DNA of 63,868 bases, the filler included, from Octopus bimaculoides (Eukaryota), in the NCBI RefSeq assembly GCF_001194135.2. It is 4 parts of 4 records of this genome, joined end to end, with 100 filler letters (N's around TTAATTAATTAA, not from the genome) between each part and the next. Parts side by side here need not be neighbours in the genome. Positions count along the whole stretch, not along the records: positions 1 to 15,489 come from NC_068986.1; positions 15,590 to 31,318 come from NC_068981.1; 2 more parts are not named here. One strand, written 5' to 3'. The translations under genes and the position numbers were made by a program. Of this stretch, positions 12,431 through 23,987 are shown one piece after another (position 1 is the first letter of the stretch; every line of letters begins with the position of its first letter). The notes below the pieces were generated by a model, which was not told where the DNA came from, made no database searches, and worked only from the letters and a program-made list of their open reading frames with translations.

Positions 12431-12950
12431 TTCTTTATTGGCTACTAAGGGCCTTACATAGAAGGGACAGTGCAAGGACAGATAAAACGATACAAAGTGG
12501 GGACATAAAACATAAAACGAATGGATGGGTATATGGATTATATAATAATGAGGGTGAAATGGCCACCTGGGCCTCACTCACGAGTGGTTACATTTAACTG
12601 TTCTTTATATGATATTTTTTATCATTTTTTTATCATATAAAAATTTTCCTTTTTTTTACCAGTTCACATATGGCATTAAATTCTCATAATCCACGACTGG
12701 AGGTAGGGTATCGTACTCCACCTCCAATCCCAATGGGTCAATGTATGAACCAAACAATTCCTTTAATCTGGCATGTCTTTCTTTATCTATTAATATGCAT
12801 TTGGTATTTTCTGAATGATCCTCAGCCAGCAATTTCACCCTGATCACTGATTGCTATGCTTTGGGTGTATGTCATGATGTATACTTTGTTTTTGTGGGGG
12901 TTTTGTGGGGGTTTTGTGGGGACTGTGTGTTGGGCCTGTCTGTGTTTGTA
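12430..12950 (-). mobile_element. 5'-truncated copy B of the ORF1-only element
   Basis: KVYIMTYTQSIAI..LLAEDHSENTKCILIDKERHARLKELF..EVEYDTLPPVVDY is paralogous to 11060-10827. The 3' UTR is homologous to copy A, with AATAAA at 12439-12434. Confidence 0.85.
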
Positions 12951-13365
12951 TGCAAAACTCAAAAGTAATTTAAAGAAAAATGCTACAATCAATGAGAAAA
13001 TGAATCTCAACAAACTTTTTGTGTGCACAATTTGTGACAGACCATGCCTTTCTTTTGCTGGGCTTAAATCTCATTTGCGGACTCATGAAAAACGAACCTC
13101 CACTAACTATTCTGCATATCTATCTGTGCTTACCTGTCCATTGTGTGTATGCCATAAGGTCTGCAAATCTAACGGAAGCTTCAAAAGACATTTTAAGATC
13201 CACAAAGACCAGATCCTAAGCGCAGTTCTTAGTGGTCCAAAGCAGATAGGCAATTTATGTGGCCGTCTTTTCAAAACATTGTCTGGTTTAAAAAGCCAAA
13301 TAAGATGCCATGATAGATCTAAGGTGTAAGTATAAGCGGTCAGACTCTGCATAAGGAGCAGGCGA
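12950..13365 (+). mobile_element. RTE (BovB-like) LINE 3' fragment with three C2H2 fingers
   Basis: CTICDRPCLSFAGLKSHLRTH, CHKVCKSNGSFKRHFKIH and (G)NLCGRLFKTLSGLKSQIRCH. Homologous to 41290-41700. Confidence 0.85.
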
Positions 13366-14031
13366 TACCTGCTCAGAGGCCTACACAAAGTTGCAGAAAG
13401 TGTGTAGGGAGGAATGTATGAGCCTCACACAAGTGTGCGAGTGGTCCAGACATTTCCAAAATGGCAGAAAAAATGTCGATATTGACGAACGTTCTGGGAG
13501 ACCTGCAACCAGCAGAAATGAGAAAAACATTGCAGATGTGTGTGCAGGGGTGAGGGGAAATCATCAAATCAGTGTCTGTGAGTTATCAGAGGATGTATAG
13601 ATTAGTTATGGTTCAGTTCATTCCATTAACACTGAAGATTTTGGTATGAGATGCATGTCTGCCAAGTATATGCCAAAACTGCTTTCAGCTGACCAAAAGA
13701 ACACTCAGGTTTCAGTTGCACAAGATCTCCTTGATTGTATTGACAGTGATGAAAACTTTGCGTAGGCCTCTAAGCAGGTATCACCAAGCTTTAGGCAAAA
13801 CTTGATGCAGATTCTCTGCTCAGCTTTCTCTCTCATAGTCAATACGATGATCACACGCTACATACGTTCCGTCCAAGCACTGCTGTAAACAGGGGAAGTG
13901 AGCTAGAACATTAAAACTTAGTGCACATGCACCGCAGAGTTCAAGGCCAATTTGTGCCAAGCAACTTCACTCTGCGTGCTTAGTTTTGTTACTATGGCAA
14001 CAGTCCAAATACTTATTGATCTGGCCACGTA
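13363..14031 (+). mobile_element. Mariner fold-back derivative, left arm missing
   Basis: Transposase N-terminal HTH (SEAYTKLQKV..EWSRHFQNGRKNVDIDERSGRP..SAKYMPKLL), then an inverted copy of the 5' region ending TTGATCTGGCCACGTA. Same structure as 51735-52626. Confidence 0.9.
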
Positions 14032-14199
14032 CAATGAATTGTTAGGAAACAATCCGATTATATAATCTTACGCTCATCAGAGTTAGCTGATATGGAAGGG
14101 AATATAGGAACAGCTCTCTATTGTTGAAAGTGAATTGACACATCTAGTTTGCAGTTGCTGTACAAAAGGTGGTGAAATGAAAAGGGCAGGGAATTAGGT

Positions 14200-14750
14200 T
14201 AGGAGTTATGTGCCTTGGTTGAATTCACCAGTAAGAGTTATCTTGAATTGTTTGTGGGAAATGTGTGCATCATTAAGTGTGGTGCTCCTGTGGGATGGGG
14301 TGTGTGATATGTGTACTGGTATCATATGTATAATTTTTCCCAGGGGCGTAGGTATATATAATATAATAATTATGTTCTTTAGTCTGTTTTCTTTCTATAT
14401 TGGTCAAGGTCATGGGGGCTTATGTTAGTGTGTGGGGTGTAATGTATGTGTATGGGTGCGTGGGGGGTCTATATATGTGGGGGGTACAATGTGTGTGAAG
14501 GGGCATATGTTGGGGGTGGTGGGAGATAGTCTATTTAGTGGGTGTCCACCTTGTTGGGGTGTGCATGTATGTACATGGGTGTGTTGGTAAAACTCTTTGC
14601 TGGGCTCAAGGGTATGGGTTGAAGGCCAAGGTTGGGGACCTGTGGTTGTAATCATGGTGGGGCATGCATGTACGATAGGATGTACTTCCTTTCATGTGGG
14701 TAATGATTAAACACTTCACTCTTGCTATTCAGGTAAATATCCAGGTGCTG
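14200..14750 (-). mobile_element. Possible decayed AP-endonuclease region of a LINE
   Basis: Minus-strand VHISHTPSHRS...ITLTGEFNQ resembles the APE pattern NIY.PP...GDFN. Match is weak. Confidence 0.4.
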
Positions 14751-15200
14751 GGTACACTTTAAACTCGGTCTCGTCTCAGCTAGGCACAACCTGCACTATA
14801 TATAACTTTTTCACAGATTTCAGTACTGTTTATGGCTTGCGCTATTGGCTGAGTATACAAGCACTGATGTAGTGGATGTTTTAAATTTAGTATCTTCAGT
14901 TGGCCTAGCTGACGAGGATCAAACAGTTTTATAATAACAAATGTATTCTGAAAAGTCCACAACTCGAGTACTAAGTTGTCAATTTCTCTGGCATTCTTCC
15001 TAGAAGTAAGACGAAAATTTTTTATATTCAGTGCCTGTACACATCTTTGCCTCTATACATTCAGTGAAGCTTTACCTAGCGTTGAACGATTATCAATTGC
15101 TATTTCCAGCAAAAATCGTTACCTTGTTGTGCCACTATTACCTATTTATAATTGTACCTTCATGGTGCTTTATTTTGCTGGAAAATAATATTATTGTATT

Positions 15201-15262
<62 letters not shown>

Positions 15263-15264
<2 letters not shown>

Positions 15265-15489
15265 TCATCATCATCATCATCATCGTTTAACGTCCGCCTT
15301 CCATGCTAGCATGGTTTGGACGATTTGACTGAGGACTGGTGAAACCGGATGGCAACACCAGGCTCCAGTCTGATTTGGCAGAGTTTCTACAGCTGGATGC
15401 CCTTCCTAACGCCAACCACTCAGAGAGTGTAGTGAGTGCTTTTACGTGTCACCCGCACGAAAACGGCCACGCTCGAAATGGTGTCTTTT
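15263..15489 (-). mobile_element. Short 3' end of the same RTE family as 5113-8185 (or a SINE sharing its tail)
   Basis: Reverse complement of the RTE terminus, including the (GAT)n tail and one 3' UTR repeat unit. Cut by a gap. Confidence 0.9.
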
Positions 15490-15589
15490 NNNNNNNNNNN
15501 NNNNNNNNNNNNNNNNNNNNNNNNNNNNNNNNNTTAATTAATTAANNNNNNNNNNNNNNNNNNNNNNNNNNNNNNNNNNNNNNNNNNNN
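15490..15589. other. Artificial 100-nt scaffold spacer (44 N + TTAATTAATTAA + 44 N)
   Basis: The identical layout recurs at 31319-31418 and 61510-61609. It has stops in all six frames. Confidence 0.95.
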
Positions 15590-15862
15590 TGTACCCTTAA
15601 CGTAGTTCTCGGGGATATTCAGCGTGACACAGTGTGACAAAGGTGACCCTTTGAATTACAGGCACAACAGAAACAGGAAGTAAGAGTGAGAGAAAGTTGT
15701 GCTGAAAGAGTACAGCAGGGTTCGCCATCATCCCCTGCCGGAGCCTCGTGGAACTTTAGGTGTTTTCACTCAATAAACACTCACAACGCCCGATCTGGGA
15801 ATCGAAACCGCGATCCTATGACCGCGAGTCCGCTGCCCTAACCACTGGGCCATTGCGCCTCC
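15590..15862 (-). mobile_element. tRNA-derived SINE
   Basis: The minus strand begins GGAGGCGCAATGGCCCAGTGGTTAGGG (A box)...GGTTTCGATTCC (B box) and continues into a non-tRNA body. Confidence 0.9.
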
Positions 15863-17102
15863 GCTTTACCAAGATAAGGCGTTAAATATCAACTTCATTG
15901 CTGACAAAAGTGTGGTAGTGAAGTGAATTAGAGATATGTGATTTAAAACTAAACCAAGTAACTTGCGGGAAATGTGTCACATAATACATATACATAAGCG
16001 CTCCAACTCGTGGTGTTGAACAGAATACCTTCGCAACCTTTTTATATTGATATGAAGAAAGCAAACGAATCATCAATCACCACAGCATATTTAGATGGAA
16101 TTATTTTTAGACACAACGTCTACTGCAAATGAAAGGTCAGGCGAAACATAAGCTTTATTTCTGCAATTATTTATGAGTGAAGAAAAGAGAAATGAATAAG
16201 GATGTTCATATTTACAAAGCACGGAAATAACATGGTTGCCGTTTAAGAACTTCTCAACGGATCGTATGGAAGAATATTTGCAATATTTGAGGACCCCGGA
16301 CAACTGGGTTGACGTATTTGAAAATAATACAGAAGTAAACGTGTACAGGAAATATTTGTCAGAAAGACATAAAAATCATTGCATGAGTAAGTATCCTGTA
16401 AGGTAGGATGTAATTTCTTGATACGTATACATTGCATGCAGCAAATAAATACATTACGTTTTACATTGGAGGGTATGTGATAGACTTAGAAAATGCATTC
16501 CCGTAAAAACTTTACAGAGTAATATATTTAATATTGTTTTGTCGATCGAAAATATGGTATGTATTCTCGAAGAGGCTAGTTGCCAAGTAAAAGTCAAGGA
16601 GAATAAAGAATAACTCACAAATCGAAAACTACATTTCTTGTTTCTTTTTTTTTTTATATTCTGGATATATATTCTCCATTTAAACTCTAGCGTTCATGAA
16701 TTTTATTTATCTAACTAAAGTTTGCTGTATACCCAATCATAGACGGTATTCTCTTAAATAGAAAATAAAGACAAAAAGAGTAGCTGTCATTTAACCTATC
16801 AGTAGGGAAAGGAAAACATGAAACAACTTCTCTATTTTAGTGAAATGGAAGAACATATGCATACAAATATAAGAAGTATAGAGTCAAAAACGACGTCTGG
16901 TGATACTATATACGATCCACCAACCAGATTTCGAATAGTTTCCAGTTGCCTTCAGCAGTATTTCTGACAAAAATACGACTAAGTGCCAGAAGTAATATTG
17001 AACTCTCACAACAAGATTAGGTAGTTCAATATCTTATAATTGACAGAAAGAAAAAACATTCTAAAGTGTATCAAAAGCAGACATTATTAACGATATTCTT
17101 AA

Positions 17103-17315
17103 GGCGGTGAGCTGGCAGAATCTTTAGCACGCCGGGCACAATGCTTAGCAGTATTTTGTCCGTGTTTACTTCCGAGTTCAAATTCTTCCAAGGTCGACTT
17201 TGCCTTTCATTCTGCCGGGGTCGATAAAATAAATACCAATCAAGCACTGGGGTGCAACTGACGAGCCCTTTCCTCAAAATTTGAGTTTCTGAGCCTATAG
17301 GAGAAAAGATTATTA
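17103..17315 (+). mobile_element. SINE family A (head plus GGTCGACTTTGCCTTTCAT..GGGGTCGATAAA core)
   Basis: Homologous to 59159-59373, 30978-31172 (minus) and 43153-43330. Confidence 0.9.
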
Positions 17316-17879
17316 GCGGCCATTTCTGTTAGTGCTGTATAGAAAGTGGAATTGAATACTAGATCGATTAATGCATTGTAGTGATTAAGTAAGTTTCCAG
17401 CTTGCTAAAAAGACTAAATATTTTTCATTTCGTGCCTCAGTGTTTTAATAATTACGACTTCTAATCTGAAGCGCCCGTAATTAAATGTATAAACACAGGG
17501 GAGCAGATAAGGAGACACCCATGTGCCAAGCATACATGAATACACATACACGTACACTCATGACACAAATATGCATTATCTGTCTGTATGTATGTGTGTA
17601 TGATTGTGCAGGTATGTATGTATCTATGTTTCAGTATGTGTGTGTTTATTTAGCATATCTGATTGATATTCCATATTTTTTTTTGCAGCCCTTTTTATCT
17701 CAGTCACATAAATATCTAACATATCTCTTTAGCCCCTTGGCTTATTTGAAATATTTTATTAAGCTTTTTAAACAGCTTTGATTTATTTTTGGGATGACTA
17801 ACGTTGTGTCGAGTGTAACACTTGCCTGTCTCTTCTTGAGTGAGCAGAGTGAGAGAGAGAGAGAGAGAGAGAGATAGAG

Positions 17880-17922
<43 letters not shown>

Positions 17923-17932
17923 NNNNNNNNNN

Positions 17933-17970
<38 letters not shown>

Positions 17971-19044
17971 CGAGACAGAAGTGTCACGCAGACAGTCAAA
18001 TGGACAGAAGTGTCACGCAGACAGTCAAATGGACAGAGGCAGATATGCAAAAAGGATAGAAAAAAAGAAGGTCTTTTATTTAAGGAAGCGCAAAACCTAT
18101 TTTCTATATTACCTGCTATATTTTCTATTGATCTGAAAACATTTTGATATAGATAAAGCTGTCAGGGAATTGAAGCTAGGCTAACAATAGAAGAAAAAAA
18201 ATCTAGAGAGCGATTTCGATTACTGCCGATTGGAAAGGTGAAAGGTGGAAGAAAAGGTAAAATGCATTAATATAATGAATAGCTAAGCGAAGATCTAGCC
18301 ACCATTTCTAGCAATCAAATTATATTAGATTTACGAAGTCAGTTTGTTTCATTATATTTTTATAAATGTATATATTTTAGTATATATATATTTTTTATAT
18401 AAGTTGTTTGAGGAACCGATTGAACACTTGAATTAAAAAAAAAAAGAGTTGTGTGATAAGGTGGAGGACAGAAAAGGTGGGGAAGTGTGTATGTCTGCTG
18501 GAATTGAGGTCATTCGGATTGGTAAGTAGATGGTCAGACATTACTAGGAGTGATTTCAACAGCAAGGCAGACATGTTAATTGAATGAGTTCAATATTTCT
18601 GAGAGTGAAGCTATTATCATTTTCGTTTTTCCAGTAATTATCATTACTTCGCCGCCGCCGCCGCCGCTACCACCACCATCTCTATCATTATTTCTATGCC
18701 ATTTCATCATCATCGTATCGTAGTCGTCGTCATTGCTGCCCTCATCAGCAGCGTTATTCTCATCATCATTTTCATCATTTAAACTCGCTTTTATTTCAAG
18801 GAAATTGTTAGGAAAGTGAAAGACTGTTCTTGGTTAGAATGATATATGAAACAGGAACATGAGAGGTACATTTCATGCTCTACTCAATTCTAGCGAGCTA
18901 TTATGAAGATATCACTGTTTCATAGTAAAGTCAGAAGCAACCATTGGAACTTGACAGTCACTAAGTTTAACTAACAGGTCTAAAATGTGGAGAAAGTTTA
19001 ACGTCGTAAAACTATCTCAGATAGAACGTATTGTATTTATTCAT

Positions 19045-19245
19045 GTAATTTTTTCTTGCCTTTAACCTTCCAATGCAGAGTATAGGCGACTTATAATTGA
19101 ATTCCAAGTCGCATAATTTTTCGCTTCTGTACTTATACTCTTCCATGAACGTCCCCTTTTCTCTAGTTCCTTTTGTGTTGATCTACACCACGAGTACTTA
19201 GGCCTACCTTTCTTTCTATATCCATCCGGATTCCATTGTAAAGCA
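19045..19245 (-). mobile_element. RTE-clade LINE ORF C-terminal fragment
   Basis: ALQWNPDGYRKKGRPKYSW..ELEKRGRSW..AKNYATW matches the RTE C-terminal pattern WNPQG.R..GRPK.TW..DR..W. Confidence 0.75.
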
Positions 19246-19391
19246 TGAATAATATGAATAATCATTCGAGCATTTATTCATTTATATATATNNNNNNNNN
19301 NNNNNNNNNNNNNNNNNNNNNNNNNNNNNNNNNNNNNNNNNNNNNNNNNNNNNNNNNNNNNNNNNNNNNNNNNNNNNNNNNNNNNNNNNNN

Positions 19392-19612
19392 TGTCATTGT
19401 GTGCATGTCAGTTTTTGTGTTTGCGTTTGTACCCCACCATCGCTTGTTTACGTCCCCGTAACCTAGCGGTTAGGCGAAAGTGTCCGATAGAATAAGTACC
19501 AGTACTTTATAAAAAATAAGTACTGGGTTTGATTCATTCGACTAAAACTCTTCAAGGCGGTGCCCCAGCATGGCCACAGTCTAATGAGCGAAGCAAGTAA
19601 AATATAAAAGAA
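19392..19612 (+). mobile_element. SINE family B 3' half
   Basis: TTTACGTCCCCGTAAC..GATAGAATAAGTAC..AAGGCGGTGCCCCAGCATGGCCACAGTC. Confidence 0.85.
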
Positions 19613-20336
19613 ATATATTTACACACACATACACGTACGCACACACACACACACACACACGTGTGAGTGCGTGTACCCGCATTTATGAATACATTCAATG
19701 TCAGCAGAAAAGTCGACATATAATAGTCAGATACAAAGAGACTGAAATGGGATGGAAAAGTTTTTTAATAGCACACAATCTATTTTACTTCTCGTCATAT
19801 TTTTTGATTCTGTAAAAAAAATTCTGAAAACAAATGTGTATTTATTTCGTAAGAGACAATACTGAATTCATAATTCTGCATCGTGAGACACGGAAACATT
19901 TACTGCAGAAATTTTCTTCAATTTCCTCCATTTTTCATTATTATATCTTTCCCTTTGTCTTTCGGTTCTTCCTTGGGAATATTAACGCCAACGGCAATCC
20001 CTAGGCAGTAAGACAGTTTAAAAAAAAATATTAATATAATGCAAAGGAGCACACAAACATACAACCTTAAAATTCTATCCAGTGTGTTAGGTTAACGGAA
20101 GACAATATGGAGGACAGATACACAAAAATATGCATGCACACACACACACAAAGACACGCGTGAAGAGAAAATGGATGTGAAATGATCTACGAATGAAAAA
20201 TGAAGCGAAAGAAATAATTCTAACAGAAGGAATATAAGGATGAATGTATGAGTAAATGTCAAAAGAAAAAAAAAAAATGAAAATAGAAGGCAGGAAAGAA
20301 AGAAGGAAAGGAAATAATGTCATATTAGTCTTTCAG

Positions 20337-20597
20337 CTGGAATACTTTGCTCTGTGACTCAGTGAGGTGAATATTCGGAGAACTTTGCCTCAGTTTATAA
20401 ATTAAAGAGAAACAATATTAAAAAAAAAAAATTATGAAACAGGGTGGGTAAAAAAAATGAAAGAAATTGAGCCAAAATAAATAGTAGACTTTCTCTTTCG
20501 TTTCAGTTGTGGTTTGATTCTCCTCCTAGCTATTGCCATGTTCCTCTTAAAATTCTTCTTTCGCTTTATAACACGGAAAATGCACTGCGAAAGATAA
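20337..20597 (+). CDS. Candidate spliced exon pair (20337-20366, 20507-20597) encoding a C-terminal transmembrane-like peptide
   Basis: TTTCAG acceptor, GAG|GTGAAT donor, TTCTCTTTCGTTTCAG acceptor. Phases are compatible and give WNTLLCDSVSCGLILLLAIAMFLLKFFFRFITRKMHCER*. No homology recognised. Confidence 0.3.
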
Positions 20598-20639
20598 TAC
20601 ATTTTTACAAGCCTAATTGCTTGCCAGCTAGCCAGGGCA

Positions 20640-20670
20640 TCCTCCTACTACTATTCTTCTTCTTCTTCTT

Positions 20671-20701
<31 letters not shown>

Positions 20702-20738
20702 TTATTATTATTNNNNNNNNNNCTTCTTCTTCTTCTTC

Positions 20739-20769
<31 letters not shown>

Positions 20770-20784
20770 CACAATTTCAATTTT

Positions 20785-20831
<47 letters not shown>

Positions 20832-20953
20832 TAACAACACCAACAACAATACATAGCAATAATAATATTGATAATAACATTATCATCGTCTTCATTATTT
20901 TTTATCATGTCTATCATCATCACTACTATAGCTATCGTCGTCCACATTATTAC

Positions 20954-20995
<42 letters not shown>

Positions 20996-21012
20996 CATTT
21001 TTATTATTATCA

Positions 21013-21064
<52 letters not shown>

Positions 21065-21070
21065 TACTAC
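20640..21070. repeat. Compound trinucleotide microsatellites (CTT/ATT/AAT)
   Basis: Read directly from the sequence; source of the poly-F/I/N/Y ORFs. Confidence 0.95.
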
Positions 21071-21344
21071 TATTTTTTATCCACCTCTCTGATATCAGCG
21101 CCATTGTCAATATTGTCTTTGTTATTAGCCTCATATCTACTTGTTTATTTTTCATTTTCATGTATTTGTTTTCTATTTATTCATTAATTTGACTGGGTAG
21201 ATGTTGCCAGGAGGAAAATAGTTCGAGATATATTTGCCTCAAGGAAACGGAAAAAGTAAGGCGATAAGATTACTGTATCTATTCTTCCTTCTCTTTGGAA
21301 CCATATTTCAGATCCCATTGTTCTCTTGATATACATTGCAATAT

Positions 21345-21393
<49 letters not shown>

Positions 21394-22278
21394 GTATGTG
21401 TATATATATAACGTATATGTATGTATATATATATTTGTATATATANNNNNNNNNNNNNNNNTATACATACACGCATGCTAGCTCGCTTACACATGGCTGC
21501 CGTACCCAACCTTGGATGTGCTTATAGAAAGTATCAGAAAAACTGAACTTTCCTTAAAAAAGATGCGAAATTACATAGACATATCTACGTACGTAAGTAT
21601 GTATGGTTTATTCGTTTATGCATGTATGTAAGTATGTATGTATATGTGTTTGTGCAGGTGTGTGTGTCTGTGCCTGTGTCTGTGTCTGTATGTGCGTGTG
21701 TGCGTGCGTGCGTCTGCGTATAGAGTAAGTATTTTTTCAAGAGGAAATTAAAAAATATAGCCAGCATTTCTGGAGCTCACCTAAGTAGCATATCTTTAAA
21801 CTCCTATGTGTTATTTTAATGCAATGGGATATACGATATTGCAGAAGATTTGAAATTTCCTTCGCATTCTCTCGTGCTAACTTGTATTTTAGTATGTAAA
21901 TATGTGGATGGCAGACAGTTTATGCGTAAAAAAAATGTACTCAATACGTAAATTGGTGCAGCAATTTTATTAGAGTGTGAAGCTACTTGTAACTGAAGTT
22001 CTTTTCATGCTGGTGATTATTCATAAGTTTTACGTAAAGAAGCAGTGTGATAATATATAAGGCAAACATAGCCGTAAAAACACATCGAAATATCAATAAT
22101 CGTAGAGACTAGATTGTCTGAAAAAACTCTTAGGAAATAGGCCATGCATTCATCTATTCCTTTGTCATACGTAGGATATTTGATACGTTATTCTATTCCT
22201 GTGTATTTGGCGCAACTACATCAGGATGCTGCTGCGAAATTTCCTCAGTACACGAAAATTTGAATACTATCATCACGG

Positions 22279-22941
22279 CTCTTTTACTCTTTTACTTGTT
22301 TCAGTCATTTGACTGCGGCCATGCTGGAGCACCGCCTTTAGTCGAGCACCGCTTTTAGTCGAGAAAATCGAGGACTTATTCTTTTGGAAGCCTAGTACTT
22401 ATTCTATCGGTCTCTTTTTCCGAACCACTAAGTAACGGGAACGTAAACACACAACCATCAGTTGTCAAGCGATGTTGGGGGACAAACACAGACACACAAA
22501 CATGTACACACACACACACACACACACGCCTACATACATACATACACACACACACACATATATATATATATNNNNNNNNNNNNNNNNNNNNNNNNNNNNN
22601 NNNNNNNNNNNNNNNNNNNNNNNNNNNNNNNNNNNNNNNNNNNNNNNNNNNNNNNNNNNNNNNNNNNNNNNNNNNNNNNNNNNNNNNNNNNNNNNNNNNN
22701 NNNNNNNNNNNNNNNNNNNNNNNNNNNNNNNNNNNNNNNNNNNNNNNNNNNNNNNNNNNNNNNNNNNNNNNNNNNNNNNNNNNNNNNNNNNNNNNNNNNN
22801 NNNNNNNNNNNNNNNNNNNNNNNNNNNNNNNNNNNNNNNNNNNNNNNNNNNNNNNNNNNNNNNNNNNNNNNNNNNNNNNNNNNNNNNNNNNNNNNNNNNN
22901 NNNNNNNNNNNNNNNNNNNNNNNNNNNNNNNNNNNNNNNNN

Positions 22942-22973
<32 letters not shown>

Positions 22974-23127
22974 GACGGGCTTCTTTCAGTTTCCGTCTAC
23001 CAAATCCACTCACAAGGCTTTGGTCGGCCTGAGGCTATAGTATAAGCCACTTGCCCAAGGTGCCACACAGTGGGAATGAACACGGAACCATGTGGTTGGT
23101 AAGCAATCTACTTACCACACAGCCACT
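22279..23127 (-). mobile_element. SINE family B, full length with internal microsatellite and gap
   Basis: tRNA-like head GTGGCTGTGTGGTAAGTAG..GGTTCCG at 23127 and tail GGCGGTGCTCCAGCATGGCCGCAGTCAAATGACTGAAACAAG near 22300. There is a 17-bp tandem duplication near 22328-22361. Confidence 0.92.
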
Positions 23128-23209
23128 TCGGAGTCTTCTTTTATTCTATTTTTTTACTTGTTTAATTCAGTAGACTGCGGCCATGCTGTGGCTATTTGAA
23201 AACTATGTA

Positions 23210-23445
23210 TGTATGTCATTATTCAGTTTTATTTCAAGATTTCTTGCCAACAGAGAAAGAACTGCTTTTGAACCTAGATCCAAGACTCCTTCATTGGAAT
23301 TTCAACAACATGATCAAGGTATTTTTACATTTATGTATGTAATTTTTTTTATGTGCGTATTATGCATATAGTTGCATATCTAGACATGCTCATATATACT
23401 TAAATGATTAACTTCTGGAACGTTTTACAGATTGTATGTATGCAT
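23210..23445 (+). mobile_element. (TATG)n-associated interspersed repeat
   Basis: TATTCAGTT.TATTTCAAG.TTTCTTGCCAACAGAGAAAGAA... is homologous to 53451-53830 and to 54600-54700 (minus). Confidence 0.8.
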
Positions 23446-23584
23446 GTATGTATGTATGTATGTATGCAAGCATACTCACACGCGTACACAAGATGCACAT
23501 ACATACACATATATAATTCCGTGTCGGCGATAGTTCAGATAATTGATCGCGCCTGGGAGTAAATATTCTGTGGTTTTTCTTTTA

Positions 23585-23791
23585 TTCTTCTATTTTGGTA
23601 CTTGTTTCATTCGGTAGACTGCGGCCATGCTGTGGCACCGCCTTGACGTTTTAGCCGAATGAATCGACCCCAATACTTTTTAAAGGCTGATACTTATTCT
23701 AACGGACTCGTTTGCCGAACCATTAAATTACGGGAACGCAAACGCTCCAAAACCAGTTATCAAGCGGTGTGTGGGGGGGAACACACACACA

Positions 23792-23832
<41 letters not shown>

Positions 23833-23987
23833 GCGCATACACACACACGCACGCACGCACGCATGCACACATGCACACACACGCACACACAAACAATTGG
23901 CCCGAGGCTTTAGTAGATGACAGCCGTCCAAGGTGCCACGCATTGGGACTGAATCCAGAACCATGTAGTTGGAAAGCAAGCTTCTTA
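23585..23987 (-). mobile_element. SINE family B
   Basis: Tail GACTGCGGCCATGCTG..CACCGCC, internal (CA)n, and head remnant AAGGTGCCACGCATTGGGACTGAA. Confidence 0.85.

Noticed and set aside
12856-13329. 157-aa ORF as a host C2H2 zinc-finger gene
   Set aside because: Its N-terminus is the antisense of ORF1-element copy B, and the fingers match the RTE LINE tail at 41.3-41.6 kb.
15534-15545. TTAATTAATTAA palindrome recurring at 15534, 31363 and 61554
   Set aside because: It is always centred in exactly 44 + 44 Ns, so it is an assembly spacer. Adjacency across these points is not trustworthy.
15790-15862. tRNA genes at 15790-15862, 38168-38250 and the SINE B heads
   Set aside because: A and B boxes are present, but there is no closed acceptor stem and each runs into a SINE body or tail.
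17974-18037. Perfect 29-bp tandem duplication beside (GA)n
   Set aside because: Ordinary slippage or assembly duplication with no further structure.
21200-21330. Minus-strand WFQREGRIDTVILSPYFF resembling the RT motif GVRQGCILSP
   Set aside because: Too short and degenerate to call.
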